A stretch of DNA of 30,406 nucleotides from Acidobacteriota bacterium. GTDB lineage: Bacteria; Acidobacteriota; UBA890; WLXD01. The stretch is taken from positions 1 through 30,406 of the forward strand of contig CBDBHB010000001.1 of the NCBI GenBank assembly GCA_965205505.1. Direction: 5' to 3'. Made by a program: the position numbers and the translations under genes. This document shows, piece after piece, positions 18,020-26,879 of the stretch. Numbering within the stretch: position 1 is the first letter of the stretch; each line of letters begins with the position of its first letter. Under the pieces are notes generated by a model. That model was not told the DNA's origin. It saw only the letters and a list, made by a program, of their open reading frames with translations, and ran no database searches.

Positions 18020-19945
18020 ATGCGTTTCACAACGCTGCGGCTCCTGGTCGCTCTTGTCGTCGCACTGTCTCTTTCTGACCCCGCCGTTGCGCGGCAAGCC
18101 ACATCATCCGCCCCGGCACAGCAGTCCTCGAACGCCGCGGAGGACGAGCTACGCATCGACGAGCGCGTCGTCGTCACCGCCAACCGCCTCGAGGAGACGC
18201 TCGGCACGGTCGGTAGCAGCGCCACGATCGTCACAGCTGCAGAGATACGCTCGAGTGGCGCCGTCTGGCTGATGGACGTGCTGGCGCGTGTTCCGGGAGT
18301 CACCGTCGCCCGCGCCGGTGGCCCCGGATCCACCACCACCGTCTTCACGCGCGGCACGAACTCAAACCACACGCTGGTGTTGGTGAACGGGCTGAAAGTA
18401 AACAGCCCCACCACCGGCGCCTATGACTGGGCGTACTTGCCGGCGTCGCGCATTGAGCGAATCGAGATCGTGCGCGGTCCCCAGAGCACCCTCTATGGTT
18501 CGGACGCCGTGGGCGGCGTGATCAATGTGATTACCCGTCGCGGCAACGACACTGCCGGGCTCGACATGGCGATAGAAGGTGGAGCCTTCGGAACTCTGCG
18601 TGCCAACGTGGGCCTCGCCGCGGCGGGCGAATCGAGCTGGTACTCGCTCGGCCTCGACTATTTCAACAGCGACAATCTTTCAGCCGCGGACGCTCGCAAT
18701 GGCAACGTAGAGCGCGACCGCTTCCGCAACACCGCGATCGATGCGCGCGCCGGAGCGCGCTTCGAAGACGGCGTCGCCGTAGAAGGTTTCCTCACCCATT
18801 TCGACGGCTCGACACGATTCGACCAGTTCGACTTCGTCGCCGGACCGGTTGACGATCCCAACGCGGTGCAGGATGTACGCGAGACCTACGGCGGTGTGGT
18901 GCTCGGATACGACCGCGGCGTCTACTCCGGCAAACTGACGCTGTCTGCTACCGAGCAGCGCCTCGGGACCTCCGACCCCGATGGGTTCACCGTATCCTCG
19001 TCGATCGACGCTTCGATTCGGGAAATCGACTTCCAGAGCGACCTACGGCTGGACGACAACAACACCACGATCGTGGGGATCGAACGCCGGCGCGAGACGG
19101 CAACGACCGAGAGTGTCTCGAGCTTCGGTCTGAGCGGTTTCGACGAGTCCATCGACGTTACCGGTCTGTACGCACAGCATCGATGGTCGTGGAGCGATCG
19201 GCTACACGTTGCGGCGGGGCTTCGCTACGAAGATCACTCGCGGTTCGGTGACAAGACCACCTATCGTTTCACCGCCGCCTACAACGCCCCGTCGGGATTA
19301 CGACTGCACGGCTCGGTGGGCAGCGGGTTCCGAGCACCCAACTTCAACGAGCTGTACTTCCCGGGCTTCGGCAACCCCGAGTTCGGTCCGGAGTCGAGCA
19401 CCGGCTGAGATATCGGAGCCGGTGGGACATTCATGAGAGGACGCTTCACTGCCGACGCCACATGGTTTCACAACGACCTCGACAGCCTCATCGAGTTCGC
19501 CTTCCCCGCAGGCTTCGTGAACCTGGGCGCCGTCACGACCCAAGGACTGGAGCTGGCCACGAGCCTCCTGGCCCATCGCGACGTGCGCCTCGACGCCAAC
19601 TACACGTACACCGACGCCAAGGCCGAGGGGAGCGTCGACCAGCTCCTTCGACGACCCAAGCACGAGGGCGCCCTCATGCTACGGGTACGCCCCCGAACCG
19701 ACCTGAGCTTGTTCACCGAGCTGCGCTTCAAAGGTGCGCGCAACGACTTCGGGACTTCCGACACCGTCCGGCTCGAAGGCTACCTACTGTGGAATGCCGC
19801 CGGCCAATGGCAGGTGAGCCCCGGCATCGAGCTGATCGGTCGAATCGACAACATCGCCGATAACGACTACCAGGAAATCTGGGGTTTCGGCACACCCGGG
19901 CGCAGCGCCTACGTCGGACTGCGCTTTGCACTGATGAACCGCTAG
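18020..19945 (+). pseudogene. btuB: TonB-dependent cobalamin receptor (BtuB-like) interrupted by an in-frame TGA at 19406-19408
   Basis: Signal peptide, TonB box VVVTANR, plug motifs RGTNSNHTLVLVNG and IERIEIVRGPQSTLYGSDAVGGVINVIT, FRAPNFNELY. ORF 19433-19945 is in the same frame and ends GRSAYVGLRF. Confidence 0.85.
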
Positions 19946-19967
19946 TGGAAGTGTGGCGGGCCCGGGC

Positions 19968-20296
19968 TCAGGCAACCCATCCGCTCCCGTCGTTCGCCAG
20001 CACCTGAGCCAGCTCGGCAGCGGACAGGGGCCAAAGCCGGCGCGTCGCACCAAGGTAGTCGTCGCCGTTGTCACTGCCCCACAGGAGGGTCCGATCGCCG
20101 TGATCTCGGCTTCACTAGGCAACCAGCCGGCTAGCGCCGGGCTGGTGGCGTGCACGTGCGCGTCCAGCCGCGGAGCAGAGTCACCGATGCCCGGTGCATC
20201 GGCGCGTCGACACTCAGTAAAGGAGACCCCCAGAGCGGCGCTGGCGGCACAGAGAAATCGACGACGATCGAAACTCTGTCGGAGCGGAGCGATCAC
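19968..20296 (-). pseudogene. Internally deleted Tat-exported amidohydrolase remnant
   Basis: GTG 20296 overlaps the dehydratase stop (GTGA). N part: DRRRFLCAASAALG...RLDAHVH. From ~20100 another frame reads GDRTLLWGSDNGDDYLGATRRLWPLSAAELAQVLANDGSGWVA*, resembling an Amidohydro_2 C-terminus. Confidence 0.7.
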
Positions 20297-21261
20297 GGCG
20301 TCTCGTTCGCCAGGATCGTTCGTAGCGCGTCGGCGTCGATGTTCCCGCCCGATACGATGCACACGATCCTGCCGGTGCCCGCCCTGCCAGCAATCGCCGC
20401 CGCCACCGGCGCCGCACCAGCGCCTTCGGCCACAATGGCGCGCTGCCGCACCAGCAGCCGAATGGCATCGGCGATCTCGTCGGGACTCGACTGCAGGGAG
20501 CCTTCGAGCATCGGCCGGGTACGCTCCCACATCTGTTCGAACAGCAACGGACCACCAATGCCGTCGACGAAGCTCCGCTGATGGTCGATGTGCACGGGTT
20601 TGCCCGCGTCGACGGCGGCCGCCAGCGGAGCCGCGGTACTGACCTCCGCCGCGTAGAGCCGTGCCTCCGGTCGGTGTTGTCGGAGCACAGCACCAACACC
20701 GCAGAAGAGCCCACCCCCGCCGTACGGAATGACCGCCGAGTCGACGTCGGGCAAGTCCTCGAGAATCTCCAGAGCGATGGTGGAGTTGCCGGCCATGACC
20801 GCGTCGTCATCGAACGCGTGCACGAACGTCCCTCGCATTCCCGGGTACTCCCGAGTGGCGTAGATCTGGAACCAATCCAGATACGGCACAGGAACGATGT
20901 CGGCACCCAGCGCGCGGATGGCCGCCAGCTTCGCCTCCGGCGCCCCCTCGGGGACCACCGCCGAGCAATCCACACCGAGGTACCGCGCGCACCACGCCAC
21001 GCCCTGCGCCATGTTTCCGGCGCTCGCCGTCCATACGCCGCGTCGCAGCTCGGAACGGTCGATCGACAGCATCGCGTTGGCAGCACCACGGAGCTTGAAC
21101 GAGCGGATCGGCTGCAGGTTCTCGAGTTTCAGCCAGATCTCGGCCGGGCCCGTGTCGATGTCGAGTCTCAGCAGCGGCGTCCGCAGCACGATGGGTTCGA
21201 TGCGTTGTCGCGCTTCTTCCGCAGCGGCGATGCTGACCGATTGCAGTGATTTCGCTGGCAC
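20293..21261 (-). CDS. PLP-dependent threonine/serine dehydratase family protein (no ACT domain)
   Basis: RTPL, LKLENLQPIRSFKLRGA (PLP Lys), TASAGNMAQG, PYGGGGL, AEGAGAA, IVSGGNID. Confidence 0.92.
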   Translation of the reverse strand: MPAKSLQSVSIAAAEEARQRIEPIVLRTPLLRLDIDTGPAEIWLKLENLQPIRSFKLRGAANAMLSIDRSELRRGVWTASAGNMAQGVAWCARYLGVDCSAVVPEGAPEAKLAAIRALGADIVPVPYLDWFQIYATREYPGMRGTFVHAFDDDAVMAGNSTIALEILEDLPDVDSAVIPYGGGGLFCGVGAVLRQHRPEARLYAAEVSTAAPLAAAVDAGKPVHIDHQRSFVDGIGGPLLFEQMWERTRPMLEGSLQSSPDEIADAIRLLVRQRAIVAEGAGAAPVAAAIAGRAGTGRIVCIVSGGNIDADALRTILANETP

Positions 21262-21350
21262 GCGCCGATCCTACACCTGGGCCGAGTTGTCGAGGTTGAG
21301 CTCACGACCTCTGGCTGGTCGACACCGGTCCTTCTACGGAGCCCAGCGGC

Positions 21351-23165
21351 TCAAGAGGACGCCGACAGCAGATCTGCGAGGGGGATCTTGAGGCGCGACG
21401 ATCGCAACACCGAACCGATCTCGGGGTCGGCTCCGGCATCGGCGAGTTGCACGCCTAGTAGACGACCCGAACCGGCGAAGGGAGCCCAGGAAGAGAGGGG
21501 GATCCTCAGCAAGGCTTCGTATTTCCGATGCGCTTCGAACGTCGCCCAGGCTCGCGGCCGCAGGCTCTGCCGGCCACCGGGCCGAAGATACACACGCTCG
21601 CCATTAACCGGATCGGCAACGAACACGTACGCGTCAAGCGTGACCTGGCCGCGCACCCGCCCGTGGTAGGTCACCTCCAGCTCATCGCGCGCCGGCAGCT
21701 GGCGCGTCGACCAGCTGGCGATCCGCTTGCGGAAGACGACCTCTGAGACATAGATCTCGCCGCTGCCCGCGAGCTCTGTGCGGTAGTCAGACCAGGCAAC
21801 GAGGGCTCGGCGCCGGAGCACGGCCAGCCCTTGGTAGTCGCCGTACTGGAAGCCGCCCCGGGCGTGCCCGGACGCCGACGACATGCGAACTGAAGGCTCC
21901 CAGGACAGGCCGCCATCCGCCGAACGACTCATGTAGACGTCGGTTGCGTAGCGATTCGGGTCATGACGAGTGTCCTTGTACGCGACGTAAATCGAGCCGT
22001 CACGCGGGTCGGCCTTCATCCATTGGTGGTACTGGTCGGAGTCTCCCAACTCTTCCTCGTGAACGGTCACTGCGGCCGACCACGACGCACCCCGATCGAC
22101 CGAACTGGAAAAGTAGACATTCGCGGTACAGCGCGTCGAGGGCTCACAGGCATCGCTGCATTCCGCCGGCGATCCGGGGGGCGCATCGGACCAGCTCAAG
22201 TAAACGTTACCTCGGCGCGTCGAATCCGACCGATCCACGGCAAGTGACGCGTGCACCAGCGACATGCGTGTGCAATGCGAGAGGGTGGAGGTATACCAGC
22301 CAGCGCGCAGCCCGGTGGGGCCTGCCATGGCAACCCAACGGTCACCACCATCATCGGAGCGCCACACGCGGACCCTCCTCTGAGAGCGTTCGTTGGCAGC
22401 GAGATACACCGTACCGTCGGCGGCCACGACCATGTCGAGCCTGCTTATCACGGCTTCGTCGATGCGAAGCGGCGCGCTGAAGCTCACACCTCGATCCGTT
22501 GAGCGCGAGACGTACACACCCCCCGGAGGCCACTTCCACGCTACGTACACGCGGTCCCTGTAGAGGCTCGCCAGATTGTTGTCGGCGCGCAGGATGACTT
22601 TGTCGTCACGTCCGCGGTTGGCGCTTATCCGTTGCGCCGGTGTCCATGTATGGCCGCCGTCGAACGATCGAGTTACCTCGATTCCGAGGGGGACGTTACC
22701 GTTCGCCACTGGAATATGCGCCAGGTGCGCTACGCCACGAGAGTCGAAGTCGACCATGGGATCGGCATGAAAGGAGGCCCCCTCCCCCCTCGGCAACGAG
22801 TGCCTCGACCAGGTCCGGCCGCGATCGTTGGAAGCCATCACCAGGATCCCGGCGCCACGGAGATCCATCGACGCGGCGACAGCACGCGTCGGCTGCGCGG
22901 CATCGATCGCGATCGACACCTCGCCCTGGATACCGGCCGAGGTCGAGGCGTTCACATCCGGCATGACGGCGTAGTTCGGCCACGCCAGCGCCGGCGGCAA
23001 CTCACGAGCCGCCGAGGATCTGCCGGCCACCGACTCGCCGGCAGCAACCTGGGCGCCGGTCGTGCCAGCCTGACGGCTGAGATCAAGCGTCGTCGACCAC
23101 AGAATGACCACAGCGACCACGCACGACATCGTGCGAAGCCGCCGAACAGGGCCTTGATCGACCAT
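21351..23165 (-). CDS. Secreted BNR/Asp-box repeat (sialidase-like beta-propeller) protein
   Basis: Six Asp boxes: SNDRGRTW, SFDGGHTW, STDRGVSF, SDDGGDRW, SVDRGASW, SADGGLSW; YGDYQGL; N-terminal hydrophobic segment; GGAG before ATG 23165. Confidence 0.82.
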   Translation of the reverse strand: MVDQGPVRRLRTMSCVVAVVILWSTTLDLSRQAGTTGAQVAAGESVAGRSSAARELPPALAWPNYAVMPDVNASTSAGIQGEVSIAIDAAQPTRAVAASMDLRGAGILVMASNDRGRTWSRHSLPRGEGASFHADPMVDFDSRGVAHLAHIPVANGNVPLGIEVTRSFDGGHTWTPAQRISANRGRDDKVILRADNNLASLYRDRVYVAWKWPPGGVYVSRSTDRGVSFSAPLRIDEAVISRLDMVVAADGTVYLAANERSQRRVRVWRSDDGGDRWVAMAGPTGLRAGWYTSTLSHCTRMSLVHASLAVDRSDSTRRGNVYLSWSDAPPGSPAECSDACEPSTRCTANVYFSSSVDRGASWSAAVTVHEEELGDSDQYHQWMKADPRDGSIYVAYKDTRHDPNRYATDVYMSRSADGGLSWEPSVRMSSASGHARGGFQYGDYQGLAVLRRRALVAWSDYRTELAGSGEIYVSEVVFRKRIASWSTRQLPARDELEVTYHGRVRGQVTLDAYVFVADPVNGERVYLRPGGRQSLRPRAWATFEAHRKYEALLRIPLSSWAPFAGSGRLLGVQLADAGADPEIGSVLRSSRLKIPLADLLSASS

Positions 23166-23213
23166 ACACAGCTCCGCGGGGAACACGGCGTGCCACGACC
23201 GTATCCCGAGGTA

Positions 23214-24668
23214 TCAGCCGCCCACAATCCCTAGCGGCGGATATTGCTTCCACTGTCCGCGGGTGAAATCGGGGAATCGCACCGGTGCGCTGCCGGCGGC
23301 CACCGACCGCTCGCTGATCTCCGACACGGCGCTCCAGGCAACCGAGTCATAGACGTCGATGTCGTATGGGATCCCCTCATGCAGGCACTCCATGAGCCGC
23401 CAGTCCTCAACGAAATCCATGCCGCCGTGACCGGCGCCACTCGAATCCTCGCGCAATCGCCGCCACAAGGGGTGCTCGAACTCCTCGTAGTAGCTCTCCG
23501 CGTCGTCCCAGGAGTGACCCTCGGAGCGCCCCTCGATGTGCAGGCGATCCGGATAACCCTGGAAGATCCCGCGCGTGCCCTGCAACATATTGATGCGGCT
23601 GTACGGGCGCGGCAGGTTGGTGTCGTGAACCACCTTGATCGTCTTGCCGTTGGCGGTCTTGATGAGACTCGTGTTGACGTCGCCCAGCGCAAATGTCTCC
23701 TCGCGCTTGGGATGGCCCGGCTCATAGTGTTCACGAGCCCAATCCTGCAGTCCCCGCGACGGGCTGCTCATCGACACCAGGTAGTCGAATCTGTCGCCCC
23801 GGTTGATGTTCATGCACTGCGAAACCGGCCCCAGGCCATGGGTGGGGTAGAGGTTGCCATCGCGGATCATCGCGTGGGCCCGCCTCCACATGCCCTCACC
23901 TTCGTCGGCGAACTTGATATCGCGCAGGTCGTGCAGGTAGCCACATTCGGCGTGCAAGATCTCTCCGAGCATGCTTTGCCGCACCAAGTTGAGCACCATC
24001 ATCTCGAAGCGCCCGTAGCAGACGTTCTCCATCATGATGCAGTGGCGCTCATGACGCTCGGCGGATTCCACGAGCCGCCAGCAATCCTCCACGGTGACCG
24101 CGATCGGCACCTCCGAGACGGCGTGCTTGCCGGCCTCCATCGCCGCCAGGCAGACCGGAACGTGCCAGCGCCACGGTGTGGCAGTGTAGATGAGATCGAG
24201 GTCGGCGGCCTCGCACAACCGGCGAAAATCCTCCTCGCCACGCGTATAGAGCGCCGGCGCCGGATGGCCGGCCGCCTGCACGATCTGCGCCGCACGCTCA
24301 GCGTTCGAGACATCAATGTCGCAGATGGCGGCAACACGACAGCCTTCGATCCGCGTCAGGTTCCGTACGTGTGCGGTTCCCATGCCGCCGGTGCCCACGA
24401 ACCCGATGCGCACCTCGTCGATCGGTGGAGCCGCCCGGAGGTCGGCTGGCGCCGCACCCATCTCGGCGCCATGATCCGCAGCTTGCGGCCCGGTCCAGGT
24501 CGGAATCTGATACGTGTTGGTGCTGATCTGTGCGTACGCGGCGTTGGGAAGCGGTGTCCCGCCGATGAGCGCCGCACCCATTCCGGCCGCCCCGAGTCGG
24601 ACCACGTCGCGTCGGCTGAGGCCACGCTGCTCGGGGGAAAGGTGCTTGGTGTCGCGTTGATCGTTCAT
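23214..24668 (-). CDS. Glycoside hydrolase family 109 (NAD+-dependent alpha-N-acetylgalactosaminidase-like, Gfo/Idh/MocA fold), Tat-exported
   Basis: GGAG RBS before ATG 24668; Tat SRRDVV; GTGGMG, ATPWRWH, EVP, MMENVCY, YLHDLR, LYPTHGLGP, PRPYSR, GHGGMD. Confidence 0.92.
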   Translation of the reverse strand: MNDQRDTKHLSPEQRGLSRRDVVRLGAAGMGAALIGGTPLPNAAYAQISTNTYQIPTWTGPQAADHGAEMGAAPADLRAAPPIDEVRIGFVGTGGMGTAHVRNLTRIEGCRVAAICDIDVSNAERAAQIVQAAGHPAPALYTRGEEDFRRLCEAADLDLIYTATPWRWHVPVCLAAMEAGKHAVSEVPIAVTVEDCWRLVESAERHERHCIMMENVCYGRFEMMVLNLVRQSMLGEILHAECGYLHDLRDIKFADEGEGMWRRAHAMIRDGNLYPTHGLGPVSQCMNINRGDRFDYLVSMSSPSRGLQDWAREHYEPGHPKREETFALGDVNTSLIKTANGKTIKVVHDTNLPRPYSRINMLQGTRGIFQGYPDRLHIEGRSEGHSWDDAESYYEEFEHPLWRRLREDSSGAGHGGMDFVEDWRLMECLHEGIPYDIDVYDSVAWSAVSEISERSVAAGSAPVRFPDFTRGQWKQYPPLGIVGG

Positions 24669-24826
24669 GGCTCCGTCCGGGCCGTGTTGGTGTTGCGGAT
24701 GCTGGCAGCATAGCAACTGGACGTCCGGTCGTCCCCGGATAACAGCGCTAGCGGAGATTTCGGATGCACCCGTTACTTGGCGCGCTACGGCCACCACGAT
24801 AGGCAACGATCATCTGTTGCAGGTCA

Positions 24827-25318
24827 TTAGCCGCGATCTGCGAGCGCTGGCCAGAAGGCGGCGTGAATTCGTAGTCCGTCGTCCTGCATAACGGGCCCGA
24901 CCACCTCGATGGGGAATCCACAGGCCACTCCCACTTCGCGCAACGGTAGCCCCCGATAGGGCTCACCAACGATCTCGGTCATTGCCCGAGCCCCCACCCC
25001 GTAGACCACCCGGGGAATGCCCGCCCAGAAGATTGCGCCGGCGCACATGAGGCAGGGCTCGGTGCTGGTGTAGAGGGTCGCCTTGCAGAGCACGTCGGGC
25101 CCGAGCGCTCGCCAGGCGCCGCGAACCAGCTCGAGCTCTGCATGACGCGTGCCGCCGCTGCCCGTGTTGACCGTATTACGGGCCCCGAACACCACCTCGG
25201 CGGCATGAACCAGCAACGCTCCGAAGGGATGGTTCCCCGTCTCGACCGCTTCCTCGGCAAGCTCGTAGCAACGCTGCACGAAGGAGCCGTCGCGCAAGGT
25301 CGCCGAGGGGTCGTTCAT
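24827..25318 (-). CDS. Zn-dependent nucleoside/nucleobase deaminase (TadA/guanine deaminase-like)
   Basis: GNHPFGALLV, HAE, LYTSTEPCLMCAGAIFW. Confidence 0.9.
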   Translation of the reverse strand: MNDPSATLRDGSFVQRCYELAEEAVETGNHPFGALLVHAAEVVFGARNTVNTGSGGTRHAELELVRGAWRALGPDVLCKATLYTSTEPCLMCAGAIFWAGIPRVVYGVGARAMTEIVGEPYRGLPLREVGVACGFPIEVVGPVMQDDGLRIHAAFWPALADRG

Positions 25319-25329
25319 CTCCGGCGCGA

Positions 25330-25794
25330 CTATCGGCGCCGCCCTGAAAGTCGGGCGTCGATAGACAGTCTCCCCGGTCCCAAGACCACGACGCTTGCCA
25401 TGATGATCAGGAACAGCAGCGCTCTCTCTGGATCGCCCGACGCTTGGAGCTCTTCAGCGGTGGGCGAGGCGATACCGAGCCAGGCGCCGAGCTGCATCAG
25501 CGAGCGATGGCGCAGGAACGCCGCCGTGAACATCGCCACTGCAGCGAACGACGCGCTGAGGCGCGTATACAGTCCCAGCGCAACACAGATACCGCCGAAG
25601 AACTCGGCCAACCCGAGGGCCCAGGCAAACACCATGGGCAGCGGGAACCCCAGCCCGCTCACCATGCCGACGAGCCAATCGGCCTGTCCGGTAATGAGGG
25701 CATGGAACTTAGTCCACCCGTGGGCGAGCGCCAGCAACAAGCCGGCGGTGCGCAGCAGGAACAGGGCGTAGTCCGACGATCGCGTGCGCTCCAT
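25330..25794 (-). CDS. DoxX family membrane protein
   Basis: GGAGG RBS before ATG 25794; LLR...HGWTKF, AEFFGG...LGLYTR, GPGRLSID. Confidence 0.9.
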   Translation of the reverse strand: MERTRSSDYALFLLRTAGLLLALAHGWTKFHALITGQADWLVGMVSGLGFPLPMVFAWALGLAEFFGGICVALGLYTRLSASFAAVAMFTAAFLRHRSLMQLGAWLGIASPTAEELQASGDPERALLFLIIMASVVVLGPGRLSIDARLSGRRR

Positions 25795-25810
25795 GGCCTC
25801 GTGTCCTCCG

Positions 25811-25835
25811 CTAGCAGGCCGTACTGGAAGTGTGG
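25811..25835. repeat. Type-B terminal repeat remnant
   Basis: CTAGCAGGCCGTACTGGAAGTGTGG, 22/25 identical to 10415-10439. Confidence 0.6.
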
Positions 25836-25932
25836 CATACGTGAACCACGTCTGCACGAGCCTCTCATCAAGGGGCTCCAGCAGCACTTCTTGTGGCATG
25901 TTAGCGTAGCAACCCGACGCCCGGAGGACACC

Positions 25933-26196
25933 ATGATCGACCAGGAATTGCTCGAGATCCTGGCCTGTCCAGAGGACAAGACGCCACTGCGGCTCGCCGA
26001 CGAGAGCACCCTCGCAAAGCTCAACGAAACCATCGCTGCCGGCACACTCACCAACCGCGGCGGGAATGTCGTCGATGAGCCTATCGAGGCCGGGTTAGTC
26101 CGCGAAGATGGCCGCTACCTGTACGCGATCCGAGACGACATTCCGATCATGCTCATCGACGAGGCGATCCCGCTATCGCCCGCCGAAGAGGAATAG
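25933..26196 (+). CDS. Trm112-like protein (87 aa)
   Basis: GGAGG RBS; MIDQELLEILACPEDKTPL...YAIRDDIPIMLIDEA. Confidence 0.9.
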   Translation: MIDQELLEILACPEDKTPLRLADESTLAKLNETIAAGTLTNRGGNVVDEPIEAGLVREDGRYLYAIRDDIPIMLIDEAIPLSPAEEE

Positions 26197-26198
26197 CT

Positions 26199-26483
26199 TT
26201 GACGGACCAGACGCCATTGCAGGAGCTGCACCCGCTGGAGATTCGCGAGCTTCGCTTCAAGTTGCGGAAACAGATCGCCAACCTCGAAGAGGGCGCCGAC
26301 CCCGCCGCGCTCGAGAGTCAGGTCGCAGACCTTCAGGAGGTCTGCCCGCATGCCCATCCGGAGAACTCGGAGGAGAAGGGCTGGCGCTGCCGCGATTGCG
26401 ACTTGAGCCGCCCTCCGGAGCCGGCGAACGAGCCTGAAGTAGTGGAGGCAGAAGTAACAGAGCCCGCCGAGACCCCGGTGTAG
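26199..26483 (+). CDS. Small hypothetical protein with CPH...CxxC motif
   Basis: TTG start 2 bp after the Trm112 stop with GAGG upstream; coiled-coil-like N half, CPH-x11-CRDC, acidic tail. Confidence 0.6.
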   Translation: MTDQTPLQELHPLEIRELRFKLRKQIANLEEGADPAALESQVADLQEVCPHAHPENSEEKGWRCRDCDLSRPPEPANEPEVVEAEVTEPAETPV

Positions 26484-26674
26484 ACGAACACCGTGGACCC
26501 CGTCGGCGCTGGCGCCGCATAGGGCCAGCGCGCCGAGCGCACAAATCGGTAACACGGTTCGGTGTAAAATTATCGTTCGCTGCGAGTTGTGCTCGGCGAG
26601 CGCGACACCGCATTCGTAACGATCGCCGCTGCTCGGCTTCGCGCAGCTGAAGACCCACCACTCGAGGCAGACTT

Positions 26675-26836
26675 ATGGCCAAGGCCGGAAACCGCGTGCA
26701 GGTGAAGCTCAAGAGCACCGAGAGTCCGCACAAGTACTACACCACGAAGAACAAGCGGAACACGACCGAGCGCCTCGAGCTCAAGAAGTACGACCCAGTC
26801 GTGCGCCGGCACGTGAGCTATAAGGAAGAGAAGTAA
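26675..26836 (+). CDS. rpmG: 50S ribosomal protein L33 (53 aa, cysteine-free form)
   Basis: Not in the ORF track. [53 protein letters not shown]; GAGG RBS. Confidence 0.96.
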   Translation: MAKAGNRVQVKLKSTESPHKYYTTKNKRNTTERLELKKYDPVVRRHVSYKEEK

Positions 26837-26879
26837 CGATCGCGCCCCGGAACTGGCGCGAGGACGGCAGGCGTAACCG

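Noticed and set aside
19406-19460. Selenocysteine recoding of the btuB TGA, given selD nearby
   Set aside because: The position corresponds to Trp rather than Cys in a barrel strand, and I see no convincing SECIS hairpin downstream.
23244-24713. 489-aa plus-strand ORF and other long antisense ORFs (11698-12675, 29211-29990) or alternate-frame ORFs (28943-30070)
   Set aside because: Shadow frames of well-supported genes in high-GC DNA; no recognisable motifs.
26500-26540. GC hairpin after the small Zn-motif gene as an intrinsic terminator
   Set aside because: The stem is present but there is no U-tract on either strand; not enough support to call.
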